A DNA stretch of 63,995 nt, the filler included, from Licmophora abbreviata (lineage: Eukaryota), in assembly GCA_900291995.1 (NCBI GenBank). It is 13 parts of 13 records of this genome, joined end to end, with 100 filler letters (N's around TTAATTAATTAA, not from the genome) between each part and the next. Parts side by side here need not be neighbours in the genome. Positions count along the whole stretch, not along the records: positions 21,536 to 26,129 come from OLMU01006132.1; positions 26,230 to 27,449 come from OLMU01006133.1; positions 27,550 to 38,709 come from OLMU01006134.1; 10 more parts are not named here. One strand, given 5' to 3'. Positions within the stretch are counted from its first letter, which is position 1. Each line of letters begins with the position of its first letter. Below are positions 23,736-34,900 of this stretch, one piece after another. A model generated the notes under the pieces. The model ran no database searches, was not told where the DNA came from, and was given only the letters and a program-made list of their open reading frames with translations. The position numbers were made by a program, and so were the translations under genes.

Positions 23736-24869
23736 ATGAACGACGACCCTGCAGACACCCGTGCCAAAGCGAGAAGAGACCTTGGACTCTCTCGAGAGCT
23801 TCAGCAGACGCGCGCTGAACTGGATGATCCGAGCGTGGGTGGAGCTCGCGGATATCCTCTCTGGTTTCGTCGGGAAGAGCTGCAGCGGGCAGACAACAAC
23901 GAGCCGACCAAGGCGTCGGTCACTTCTCTCTACCGATGGCGTCAACGGATTGAGCCGCACCGAATGACAGGAAACAAGGTGCTGGATCAGATCGTGGGAT
24001 ATGACCAGTTTCTTATGAGCTTCTATCTGCAAGTGTATCCAGACGCTGAGTCGGACGAAATTGCCGCCTTCATTTACAACGCCGACGGCGGGCTGTACAG
24101 TCGACGCGCCATCTGCAATCGAATGAAAGACCTGGATATTTCAAGAAAAGCTGCATCGACAGAAGCGTACCAAGCATTTTTACCGCACAATGTTCTACGG
24201 AAGCAGCTGTTCTGGACCCAGCCACCACCGCTTGGAGTTCATGACATCCAACGCCGTCGACTCCTGGACATCGATGAGTTTGGTGTTGCTGTCGAGCGAA
24301 CCAATCGAACACATGGGTACTCCCCCACATGTTTACGGATCCGCAAGCCTGGACACTATTGTAGAAACACGAAGCTCACAGTGATCTTTGGCATCGAACC
24401 CGGCGTTCCTGGATTGCCGCCGAACGTGGACGGCAGCACCGTGAAGCCACGTCGATGGATCAGGGTTTATCGAGCCGCAGGCATTTCCAGCTTTGATTTT
24501 GCTGACTTCTGTGAACACGTCTGTTCTTCAATTGAAAACACAATGATCCCAGGCAACGACGATCATCGATATATCCTGTGGGACAACCTCAACCAACACC
24601 GGTCCCCGGTTGTGTACCAAACAGTTGAAGGCCGAAACGGCCCCTGCCAGTTCAGCATTGTCCCGCGTCCTCCATACCAGCCCAAGTACGGTCCAATTGA
24701 ATACAAGATTTGTGATCTCGTATCTGCACTTCGACAAAATTCTCAGAGTGACTGGAACACCAACCGTTTGGAGCAAGAAATCTACCGTGTTGCTGCAAAC
24801 CTTGGAATGAATGGAGGGTTCGACAACGCGTTCGAACATTGTGGGTACACCGACCAGCATGGACCCTAG
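23736..24869 (+). CDS. IS630-like DDE transposase (DD38E)
   Basis: HTH-like YSRRAICNRMKDLDISRK, LLDIDEFG (D1), YILWDNLNQH (D2), PPYQPKYGPIE (E); 38 residues between D2 and E; intact 377-aa ORF. Confidence 0.88.
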   Translation: MNDDPADTRAKARRDLGLSRELQQTRAELDDPSVGGARGYPLWFRREELQRADNNEPTKASVTSLYRWRQRIEPHRMTGNKVLDQIVGYDQFLMSFYLQVYPDAESDEIAAFIYNADGGLYSRRAICNRMKDLDISRKAASTEAYQAFLPHNVLRKQLFWTQPPPLGVHDIQRRRLLDIDEFGVAVERTNRTHGYSPTCLRIRKPGHYCRNTKLTVIFGIEPGVPGLPPNVDGSTVKPRRWIRVYRAAGISSFDFADFCEHVCSSIENTMIPGNDDHRYILWDNLNQHRSPVVYQTVEGRNGPCQFSIVPRPPYQPKYGPIEYKICDLVSALRQNSQSDWNTNRLEQEIYRVAANLGMNGGFDNAFEHCGYTDQHGP

Positions 24870-25048
24870 CTACTGGTAGTTAGACAATCAATTCTGATAT
24901 AAATATTACTTCTACTGTTGTAGGAGCTATACTTGTTCCATGTTCTGATATAGATGATCTGGCTGCGCGACGTTCCCGTTGCGACGCACAGCAGTCGTCA
25001 GTCTGTTATTCATTGTTCTTTGTCTCCCTTCTTGTTTCTAGAGTAGTA

Positions 25049-26679
25049 CTAATCATCCTCCTCAAGGATAGCCTGAAAGATGTTCTTGGCTTCCGGTGTG
25101 CTCAAGTTTCCAGCTATCGAGTCTTTTGCAATCTTGTCCACGCTCTTTGAAGGGGTATCGTTGAGGAGACGTCTCTGCAAATATTTCATGCGCTTCAACG
25201 CTCCCTTGTCCGGATTTTCCTTGTTCGATTCGGCAAGCATGTCACCCTGAACCAAAAGGCGGACACTTGCGATGCGATTCTGGATTGCTTGATCTTCTCT
25301 TGTTGCTGTTACAGGCGTGGAGAACACAGGTGGAGACACTTCCTGTACCTCCTCTGTTGAACGTGTGAAAGCCAAAGGGGCCGTAGCTAGGGCGTAAGCG
25401 AGTCAGAATACACGCACGACATCAAGCACGCCAACGACCAAGGGACTGTTGTACTTACGGGCGTCGAAGCTCTCATATGAAGGAAGTCTCGCAGCAGCAT
25501 TCAGCGGCAGTAGGATCCGACTACTCTCACTACGAGGATCCATTCGAGTGTGCGATAGTTTGTTGTAGGTGAATCGAGCTTCTTGGCTTGCTTTGGCCGT
25601 GATGGCCGGAGCGTACGCAAGCACAGGGGCAGTAGCTCCCGCTTGTTTACGCTTCTTGTCCTGCTTACTAAGGCGCAACTGAGCAATAGATACTCCATCC
25701 TTTGTCATCGTCACCTTCTCTCCCATCGCCGCCTGCATCTTTGTACGCATGGATGCGTTTGCAAGTAGAGGATCAAGCAAAATGTTGGACGATGCGATGG
25801 ACATGGCATTTTGTGCCCACACCGATGTATCCGAGGTTTCTGCCTGCGCAAGGATCTTTGCATTTTCCAAGTACCCACCGATGATTTGACTTGCACCAGA
25901 AATGTTGTTTTCGACATCTGCTTTCATACCAGTAAGACGGAGCTGGGTGAGCCAACAGGAACAACGACGACAGGAGCGACGACGAGGAACAAGAACTTAC
26001 CCTGCATGGAGTTGGGATTCTTTGCAAGATATGTGTCCATTGCAATCTTTCTACGATCGTGTCGCCGGAAGAGAACATCGCACGGACAAGAGCAGATCTT
26101 GCAGGTGCATATGAGGTCGGATCCTGTGCNNNNNNNNNNNNNNNNNNNNNNNNNNNNNNNNNNNNNNNNNNNNTTAATTAATTAANNNNNNNNNNNNNNN
26201 NNNNNNNNNNNNNNNNNNNNNNNNNNNNNACTGGAACGACGAGTATGCTCCTGCTGCGCCCTCTGTGCCAGACGGTAGAGTCGAGTGGTCATGTCGGCGA
26301 CGTACTTGGCATTCCACTTGTTCTGACCGCTTGTGGTTTGTCCCGATTCGGAAACGCTTCGAAGAGTGTCTTTTACTTCAGGATGGTCCTTCAAGAAAGC
26401 ATTGACGAAGAGATCCTTTGGTGCGACCTTGACAAAGGCAGCCAAGACCTGCTTCTTCTGTGGGAGCTTAGCGTACGACTTCTTCGACAGCGCTTTCCAC
26501 AGGAGATCTTTCTCGATCTCGGCTTGATCGTACCAAGGAGCCTCAAGCTCGTCTATAGGAGCAGTCACGAGGTCAATGGCGACCGGAGAGGTAGCAGAAG
26601 GGGCAGGAATCCCCGCAGCAGGGCTGGATGGTTCCGCCATGGTCGGTCGCAAAGATCGCAGCAATCCAATGACAGTCAT
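25049..26679 (-). CDS. Transposon-encoded second gene, Cys-rich, at least two introns, function unknown
   Basis: GT-AG introns 25918-26000 and 25387-25458 join three segments in frame (...NSMQ-D-VENN... and ...FDA-P-TAPLAFTRS...). Exon 26001-26129 encodes TGSDLICTCKICSCPCDVLFRR. The 5' part (ATG 26679 or 26640) is separated by an assembly gap. Confidence 0.72.
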
Positions 26680-26685
26680 GATGGC

Positions 26686-26841
26686 GCGCCAATGACGACT
26701 TCTCGTTTCTACGGCGTTTTGTGTAGACGGCGGTACAAAAAAGCGAGTTCCGTAATGTTTCCTTCAGATATCTTCAGATAACTTCAAATAACTTCAGAGA
26801 ACTTCGTTTTTAAAAATTATCAATTGTTAGCGAATTCGTAG
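26686..26841 (-). repeat. Right terminal inverted repeat (156 bp)
   Basis: Reverse complement of the left TIR with one extra TGAAGATAT-type subrepeat and a few substitutions. Confidence 0.95.
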
Positions 26842-27549
26842 TAAGAACCGAGGTTACTATTTTCATCGCGCCACTGGACTGTCAGACGTTGGTAGTCTGG
26901 CCGTTTGCCCTCAAATTTGCAAAAGTGTTTTGCGGTCAGGTGCGCCAAAAGGCAGCCGACACTGTCTCGGTGAGGACGTCGACCGTCATTGCACGCTCTA
27001 CATTAGTCCTCATGTAACGATACTTCGCAGGCTTGTCAACCACACTACAAAGTGTCTATTTCGTCCTCGTCGCATTGAAAATGACTTCTGAGTCGTCGAG
27101 AAAGCACTCTCGAAGTGAGGGACACGAATTCCAGTCTGTTGCCCGGCGCTCCACAGGAAATGACGAAGTAGACAGTCTTCCGGCTATGTGGACGTGCCCT
27201 TCTTGCAATGATCACTTTGTACGTGCATCGGCGACGTATTTTGCCCTTGGTTGTCGGCTAGGCTGTAAAATATGTGCCAACTGGGGTCGTTACACGGGGT
27301 CACTTTTGTCTGAAGTATCTGTCTGTTCTGAATATTTTGGCGGACAGCCTGACGCTGAGGGTGCTGCGAAGGCACGGCCGGGACAACGCTTGGCTGCAGG
27401 CTAGCTACTAACTAGTAGTCACCATCTGAGTACTGGTTGAGAGCAATTGNNNNNNNNNNNNNNNNNNNNNNNNNNNNNNNNNNNNNNNNNNNNTTAATTA
27501 ATTAANNNNNNNNNNNNNNNNNNNNNNNNNNNNNNNNNNNNNNNNNNNN

Positions 27550-28325
27550 ATTGTGTTGGCAATCACAGACGGGTCCGAACCAGTTTCAAAGAGCTTCAAG
27601 AAGCTGGCAAGCATCTTCTTCGCTCTGGTTTCATAGGGTTCGCCCTTACTGCGCTTGAGCAGAGGTGGTCCCATCACATCGGGAAAGTCAGTCTTGATGA
27701 TTCCAGGTTCGACAATGACAACTTTGATGCCAACATCATCGAGCTCGAGTCGAAGACAGTCGCTGTAACACTCCAGTGCATGTTTGGTAGCATAATACCA
27801 GCCACCAAACAGGCCGTGCACTTTGCCGCCTATACTGCTGACATTGACAATGGTCCCAGATCGAGCCTTTCGCATGTGAGGGATGACTTCTTGCGTGATT
27901 CTCGCCAGACCAAAGAGATTGACGTCAAACTGACGACGTGCCTCCTCCATTGGTACCTCTTCTAACGCCCCGTAGACTCCATAGCCCGCATTGTTGATCA
28001 AGGCATCAATTCGACCGTGTGTTTGGATAATTTGTGCAACGGCCTCGACAATTTGAGTTTCGCTCACTACATCGAGAGCAATCGCGTGCCCACCGGCCTT
28101 GACGATTTCCTTCATGCGATCGACTCTCCTCGCTGCTCCATATACAATGTGTCCTTCTTGAAGAAGTTTAAGGGCCGTCGACAGTCCAATTCCAGAACTG
28201 GCGCCTGTAATCAAGACGACCTGAGGACCTTGCTTGCGTTTCGGAGGCATGGCCTTCTTCAAGAGAAAGTACGCCGACGACAAGGCGACGCCGGCCATTA
28301 TGTAAAGATGCGTGGGGCTGTCCAT
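27550..28325 (-). CDS. Classical short-chain dehydrogenase/reductase, 3' end in gap
   Basis: ITGASSGIG, NNAG, NVSS, YYATK (YxxxK), VEPG. Confidence 0.93.
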
Positions 28326-28699
28326 TGTACTTCTACTTGATAGTGCTCTGTGTGATTATGATATCTTCAGTCGTCTTCGGCCGTCGTTTCTTCGACTGTT
28401 CGTATTTGCTCATCACTGACTCACAACACTCTTGTTGGAACTTTGTTCCCCAGAAGTCGTCGTCATTGGTGGCAGTTTTGGCATGCGCGTTCATCATACG
28501 TCATCATCGCGCGAAATGCGAGCGGCGACAAACGACTTCCTCGACCCAAATTGGAAAAAATGAGAATGAGAATCGAAATCGAATCTTCTGTCGAAAGTTG
28601 TCAAAGATCTTGTTGTGGGAATGGTCGAGATAGTCTATGATGATAGGATTGACACGATCGGTTTCTCATTCACAAAGAAAAGTTCTGCTGTTTTCGGTC

Positions 28700-29557
28700 A
28701 TGAGGAAGAATAGCTTGGTCTATGTGTTTCTACTTTCGTGCTTGTCGCTGGCTGCACGTGCTCAAGACTGCACTCCTCAAGCTACATCGATCTCGAATTG
28801 CTTTCAAGACAATCTGAATGCATGTTCGTCGTGTTCCTCGGTCACACCTGGTGCGCCAACCGACCTGACCTGCAATGGTCTGGTTGGTTTCTTTTGTGAC
28901 TTCATCGACGATTGCTGTGACGAATGTCGCTCGGAGCTGATTGATTTCTACGAGTGCACATTCTTTCTCCCTACTGATCCCGACTGCTCTTTGAATCAGT
29001 GCTCGGGCGTACCCACGGATCCTACACCCTCCGGCGGAGGCATTACCCCAGCTCCTGTCATTGCACCGGTCATGCCCTCCGTCACGCCTGCACCCGTCAC
29101 TCCGCCAGATACCCCAGCTCCTGTTTCGGCACCTGTCGTCATGCCATCAGCCACCCCTGCTCCCGTCACGCCGCCTGATACTCCGGCACCGGTGACTCAA
29201 GACTGCACTCCTCAAGCTACAACGATCACGAATTGCTTTCAAGACAATCTGAACGCATGTTCGTCGTGTTCCTCGGTCACACCTGGTACGCCAACCGACC
29301 TGACCTGCAACGGTCTGGTTGGTTTCTTTTGTGACTTCATCGTCGATTGCTGTGACGAATGTCGCTCGGAGCTGATTGATTTCTACGAGTGCACATTCTT
29401 TCTCCCTACTGATCCCGACTGCTCTTTGAATCAGTGCTCGGGCGTACCCACGGATCCCACAGCTCCTCCCACCAGTGGAACGGAAAAACAGCGTCTTGTC
29501 CGCAGTGCTGTACTCGTGGTGACGTTTCTGTCGCTATTGCTGTCGCTGGATCAGTAG
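28700..29557 (+). CDS. Secreted, possibly GPI-anchored protein with two 12-Cys acidic domains and a Pro/Thr linker
   Basis: Signal peptide ending AARA/QD, duplicated domain, TPAPV repeats, hydrophobic C-terminal tail. Confidence 0.8.
   Translation: MRKNSLVYVFLLSCLSLAARAQDCTPQATSISNCFQDNLNACSSCSSVTPGAPTDLTCNGLVGFFCDFIDDCCDECRSELIDFYECTFFLPTDPDCSLNQCSGVPTDPTPSGGGITPAPVIAPVMPSVTPAPVTPPDTPAPVSAPVVMPSATPAPVTPPDTPAPVTQDCTPQATTITNCFQDNLNACSSCSSVTPGTPTDLTCNGLVGFFCDFIVDCCDECRSELIDFYECTFFLPTDPDCSLNQCSGVPTDPTAPPTSGTEKQRLVRSAVLVVTFLSLLLSLDQ
28761..29457 (+). repeat. 262-bp direct repeat pair (28761-29022 and 29196-29457)
   Basis: Read base by base: 6 substitutions between the copies. Confidence 0.9.
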
Positions 29558-29786
29558 TGGCATCAAGAGGCGCGCGGCGGAGTGATATCGGGATGGTGTG
29601 TCAGTCGACGAGAGTAAAACGGGACGGAATATCCACTGTGTGTCTCTTTGAAACGAACGAATGAATCTCGTCGTCGATGTTGAAAATGTGTGTATGAATT
29701 CACGAAAGTGCATGTGACTGCGTGCGTTTCGAAGTGTGACGCCAAGTATAGATATATAGCCTTACAATAAGCCAGCTAGAGGTCAA

Positions 29787-30881
29787 TCAACTACCACCGC
29801 CGACATAGGCTTCGTCGAGTGGTCCAGACTCGGCAGCCGCCAGCTTGGCACCGTCAGCTGCTCCAAACAGATTCGAATAGTACGGCAAGAGCGCCGAATA
29901 GGCATTTTGCCGAAATTTGGCGTCGTAGACATATTGCGTATTGACGGGTGCTCCTGGGCGGTGGTCGTGCTGTCCATTCTGAACTGCAGCCCATTCGATC
30001 CAGGCCTTGGCGACAGCGTCTCGCGCGTTTGCAACCTTGTCAACATTACCAGGCGTGTTTGGCATTTGGACGGCGAGGGCCAGAGGACCACCCGTCAGGA
30101 GGTCAAGTTCTGATTGCGACAGTGGTGAGGCTCCTTCGAACTGAGCTGGATCTAGCGCACTCTTCAATTCGTCGGTTCCAAACTTGCTGAAGAAGTCATT
30201 ACGCGCGCCGCTGTACTCGAAGGCCTTCCGACCCAAGGTATCGGGTCCCGGGTAGTTTCCAGCGTCATCTTTCAGCTCGTACGCACCGTACGCTCGAGGC
30301 CGAATGTCAATGCAGACTTCCAGTTCATTGTTACTATTCACGACGCATCGACTCAGTATGTGAGGGACATCCGTCAAGGGACCATTGAAGATTGTGAGCG
30401 AGGAGAGCTTGTTGTCGATGGTCGCGCTGGCCAACCAAGCGACGTTGGACTGACCGGGAGCATCGCGGGCATCCAGGGTAGCGGGGCTATCAGCGACGGT
30501 TTCCGACGTCCAAGACAGATCCGATTTCACTGCCAGATCGGATATGGACGAAGCAATTGTATCGACAAGCGCTTGTTGCATCTGAGCGATGGCAGCAATT
30601 GGATTTCCACCAGCTGCTGCCGTTGTCGCTGAGACAGATGCAGGAGCGGGGGCTGGTGCAGGATCTGAAACTGCAGCAGCTGCAGGCTGTCCCCACGATG
30701 AAAAGTCTGGCCCTGCTGGCGGAGCCGGAGCGGCAGGCTGACCCCAGCTTCCAAACGGAGGAGGGTTCCCATCGCCTGCGTACAGCGCGTCTCTGTGTCC
30801 TCCATTGCTACTGCGCCTTACGGGCGGCGTAAAAGAGACACCGCGACCCACTAGAATCAAAGCGACGACGAATGGTTTCAT
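29787..30881 (-). CDS. Red chlorophyll catabolite reductase-like (ferredoxin-dependent bilin reductase fold), probably plastid-targeted
   Basis: Signal + GVSFTPP. LTIFNGPLTDVPH, IDIRPR, GPLAL, AWIEW and YDAKFR...LFG align by eye with the plant RCCR pattern. Confidence 0.68.
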   Translation of the reverse strand: MKPFVVALILVGRGVSFTPPVRRSSNGGHRDALYAGDGNPPPFGSWGQPAAPAPPAGPDFSSWGQPAAAAVSDPAPAPAPASVSATTAAAGGNPIAAIAQMQQALVDTIASSISDLAVKSDLSWTSETVADSPATLDARDAPGQSNVAWLASATIDNKLSSLTIFNGPLTDVPHILSRCVVNSNNELEVCIDIRPRAYGAYELKDDAGNYPGPDTLGRKAFEYSGARNDFFSKFGTDELKSALDPAQFEGASPLSQSELDLLTGGPLALAVQMPNTPGNVDKVANARDAVAKAWIEWAAVQNGQHDHRPGAPVNTQYVYDAKFRQNAYSALLPYYSNLFGAADGAKLAAAESGPLDEAYVGGGS

Positions 30882-31131
30882 GGTGCTGACTTATCGTACC
30901 GGTATGCATACGCTACTGTTACACCCCCTTTTCTGTCATGGTCGCGAAGACAGATTTTTCAGACCGATGACGTACGCGCGCGATCAAGAAACCGACTACT
31001 CGAGTAGTCGTGATATAGGGATCGAGTTATCCGTTCTACGTAGATGCCGGTATGAATGTTTACTCAAATTCAAGGTAGAGCATTCAAATTCTGGAAGACC
31101 AAAAAAGCAACAACAGATTTCAGATTTGACC

Positions 31132-31725
31132 ATGACGCCGGTGCAGCGTCATCATCCCGCTCCGTCGTTTCCTACGGCTTCTTCTCCACACCCTCCACAG
31201 CATCTGTATACTACGGCTGCAGTTTCAGCACACCATGCGTCGATCGGCACTTCATCTCAAGAAACAGAATTATCGCCTAATTCCGGCTTGACGCCGTGGT
31301 CTCATGTAGTCTGGAACAATCTCGAGGAACTTTCGCTGGACGGCGAGAGTCAGCAGAGGAGTGGAAATGCAACGTTTGCTAGTAGCTGGCAAGAAGAGGC
31401 ACACTGGATGTCCTTTCGGCATGCGGTGCAGCATTTTGCGGCCTTGAAATTAGTCAATACTACTACTGTGCTACTGGAAGAACAACAGGATGAAGGGCGA
31501 GACGGGGCTTCGTCGTTGCGGGATGCAACAAATTCGTCAGGAACGACGCAAAATAAGAAACGACCGAAATCGTCTACGCTAGAAGCTGATTTGGCCGAAA
31601 CCAAGATGCGACTCGCACTGGCGCAGGCCGAGCGAGACGAGCTTGAGTATGCGCTGCTGCAGCGGGGTTCTACAAGCAGTGCCGGGGGCTCTCCGGCTAC
31701 TGGTGCTGGTACTAGTGCGATATAG
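31132..31725 (+). CDS. Hypothetical protein with short C-terminal coiled coil
   Basis: LEADLAETKMRLALAQAERDELE; start position uncertain. Confidence 0.5.
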   Translation: MTPVQRHHPAPSFPTASSPHPPQHLYTTAAVSAHHASIGTSSQETELSPNSGLTPWSHVVWNNLEELSLDGESQQRSGNATFASSWQEEAHWMSFRHAVQHFAALKLVNTTTVLLEEQQDEGRDGASSLRDATNSSGTTQNKKRPKSSTLEADLAETKMRLALAQAERDELEYALLQRGSTSSAGGSPATGAGTSAI

Positions 31726-31920
31726 CCACAACGATTGAACTTTGTGTACATGAAGGACACTAGGCGTTTAACTGATAAGCATATGCTGCTTAGTGTATCC
31801 ATGATAGCTCGACACCTATAGCCGAATATGTTTCAGAGTATGATACCAGTACCCTCTACATACCGTAGATGGCAATCAATCCCCATTCGGTTGGAAGTTA
31901 GCCCCATTGTAGCCAGTCAC

Positions 31921-34900
31921 CTAGTCCACGTAGGAGCAAGTGCAGTTAGAAAGATCCAACACTGCCGCCTTCAACAATGCTCGTTGGAGAATGCTATCCA
32001 ATTGCCCATTCTCTGCTCGCAACAGAGCCATTTGCGATCTGGTGAACTTGGCGACGACAGTTCCATCTTGTGACGCTACCATTCTCACATTCCTTGGGCG
32101 CTCCAACAAAAAGTCGACAAAACCAAAGATTCCACCGACGAGATGAAAAGAACTCAGCTTGCCCATGTCTAGAACAGTCGGATCTTCCAACAAGCGCGAC
32201 GATGTAGTCAGCGTTCGTACAGGTCCTGCTCCAGATACAATAGTTCGATTGCTCCCATGTGATTCATGCAAGCCGTCGTCTTGGGTTTGAGCGACGGCAA
32301 CGGCACCCTGCAGCACCATATAAAAGGCACCAGCATGAGTGTTTTCATTGTACACTACAGTGCCGGCATGAAACGTCTGTTTCGTGTGATACCGCTCCCC
32401 CTCGAGCGCCTCGACGATCTGTCGTTCGTCCTCTGTCAATCCCAAGATGTGGGAAATGACATGGGAAATCGACGAAGTCACGTCGTCGCCAAACTGATCC
32501 AATCGAATGAACGAGGGAGTCTTCCTGTTGAGCTTGTTGGCAGATAAGTCCCGAATCAACGCGTTCTCGCTAAACTCCAAGGCTTCATGAAGCGTCAAGA
32601 AAAGCAGCACGCGTTCGCACTGTCCATCGGCGTGGCTCTCGAGCATTGATGATGGCGATAGAGAATGAAGCCGAGATGCCTGCAAGTGAGCCTTGACGCG
32701 GTCTTCTTCTTCCACAGAGTAAGCAACATCATGAGATCGAAGCATCCAATTGACTCGGGGACTCGCCCCTGCGGCACACACCACCATGCCACGTTTGGCG
32801 CAGAGCTTGGCCAGCTGCAAGAAACATCCGCGAGACGCCGACGCGTCCAAGCTGGGGACCTGCGTCAAGTCGAGAACAATAAATTTCGGTGGACGGCGCT
32901 GCAGTAGGGGGGTCTCGTCAGTCAGTTTCTTAGCTAGAGACGATTGTCTGCGGGGGACACCATCCATCAAAAGACGAGCAGACTGGTGAGGGCTCCGTAT
33001 CAGCATTTCCTTGCCGTCCTCGTCCTCGTCCAGATCCAAACCGATTTCCTGTGACAACCGTTCAAGAAGCAGCAGTGAGGACCCAAAGAACACGGTTCCG
33101 ATAATCTCTAGAGTGACTATCTTGGGACAGGACGGGTGGTAGCCATGTTCGTGCAGTAACTTATAGTCACTGGGTGTCCACACGGCACGCGACTGCTTCG
33201 ATACTCGTTTCACCGACGAAGTCTGCGCTGTCGATACGGCGTGTTCCACAATTGACACGAGGACGCCTAGAATGATTCCTGCGTCTATCCCCACGACTTG
33301 AATGGCGATGAATGTCGCCCACACAATAGCGTACTCGGAAAGAAAGATCTTAAAGGAAGAGCGGAGGATCAGTTGGACCAGCGGGTGAGCTATCACTGAC
33401 ACTACCATATCCAAAAGAAACAGGAACAGTGATTGATTCAGACATTGTACCTTGTGTCGGATCTCAATGAGCTGTGCATGAAACGAGTAGTTGAGTGTTA
33501 TGCGAAGTAAGTTAGTTGCCGTAGACTGACCTCACTAGTCGCGCCGTCTCACTATTTATGCCTCCCAAACGTACTTACCCATTCGTACAATAGGTCATAC
33601 CCGATGAAAATTAGCGTACTCCCAAGAAAGAACAATGGAGCAACCTGTAAAATGTTTATAGGCGACGCCACCACGTACATAAAGACGCACATGATCATGA
33701 ATCCAATCCATTTGGAATGTACGCCGGTTCGATACGTGAAGATGGTCTGCGAGAAAATGTAAGACCCTGTAAATCCAAATGTCAATCCCGACATGACTGT
33801 GTGCGAGTACATGGCGGCAGTTAGTGTTTTGGCTGACGTGACTCGAGCAAACCAGCCTCTCCAAACTTACAGTTACAAATCCCTACGGTCGTTAGCTCTT
33901 TGTTCGTATCCAAGGCCTCACCCATATCCATACTGATGGCTGCCACGTCCAAGCAACTCGCAAACGAAACGACAAAGACCATGCCCGTCCACGTTGATAG
34001 TATCTCTAGAATAAGATCCCATCGTACCAGCGTGAAGTCGACCAACTGAATCAGATCGGAGAATGGCACGGGAGGGGCAGTTTCGCCAACCCAGCCACCG
34101 TTTCTCGCTCCCGCGATACCAAGACCCGAGCCAAATATCCCAATGTAGAACACCGCCGGTATTAAACACATGACGACTGGAAGTGCCACATCGTTTTCGA
34201 CATTGCGAGAGACATAAGTCAAGAGCATACCAGCCAGCAAGCCGGGTATTGCTAGCAACAGTAGCTCGGGATCGGCCAGATAGCCCCAATCCAGTATGGA
34301 CATCATACTTTCGGATATACACAAGCCTGTACCCGCTTGGAGACAGAAGTACCCGATAAATGCAAGATAACCCCCAACAACTGGCATGGGTAAATAGGAA
34401 ACTGCGTTCGCAAGATTCAGTTTTCCCATGACAATCAAGACTAACCCGAGCATGGCTGTGCCCAAGGACAGTAACACCAGCGTCGTGCTGACGACTTGCT
34501 CTTCGGTACCACCGTCATCAAGTATCGTATTGGCAATCTTGTTGCTCATACTGCTGAGAAAGATCAATCCGGCATCCTGCACTGTTCCAATGGCAAACGG
34601 CAATGAGCTGAACAACAAGAATCCGAGCTGGTGTATCAGGGACGAGAAGATTACAAGTTTTGAAAGAGCATTCATATGATTCTGAAAGATGGGGTGATTG
34701 AAAATCACGGCAGCATATCCATACAAACCGGGAAGACTGATGATAACATTGACAAGCGCATAAATGACATAGTAGAACAGCCCTGATGAAGGTGTGAGTG
34801 TGTGTGTTGACAGACAAAGTTTTGTGATTAGAGCGAGGCAGATAACCTCGACAGCCCAGATTGCGGAATCACGTACCTCCCTTCCGCCTGAAACTCGATC

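Larger units (their letters stand above)
23556..26841. mobile_element. IS630/Tc1/mariner-superfamily DNA transposon with long TIRs and two convergent genes
   Basis: TA|CTACGAATTCGCTAAC... at 23554-23556 and ...GTTAGCGAATTCGTAG|TA at 26841-26843; matching inverted repeats; internal DDE transposase. Confidence 0.92.

Noticed and set aside
25049..26679. Second transposon ORF as a Fanzor/TnpB nuclease
   Set aside because: No RuvC-type D/E/D motifs or C-terminal CxxC...CxxC followed by a catalytic Asp in the visible sequence; part is hidden by a gap, so it is not fully excluded.
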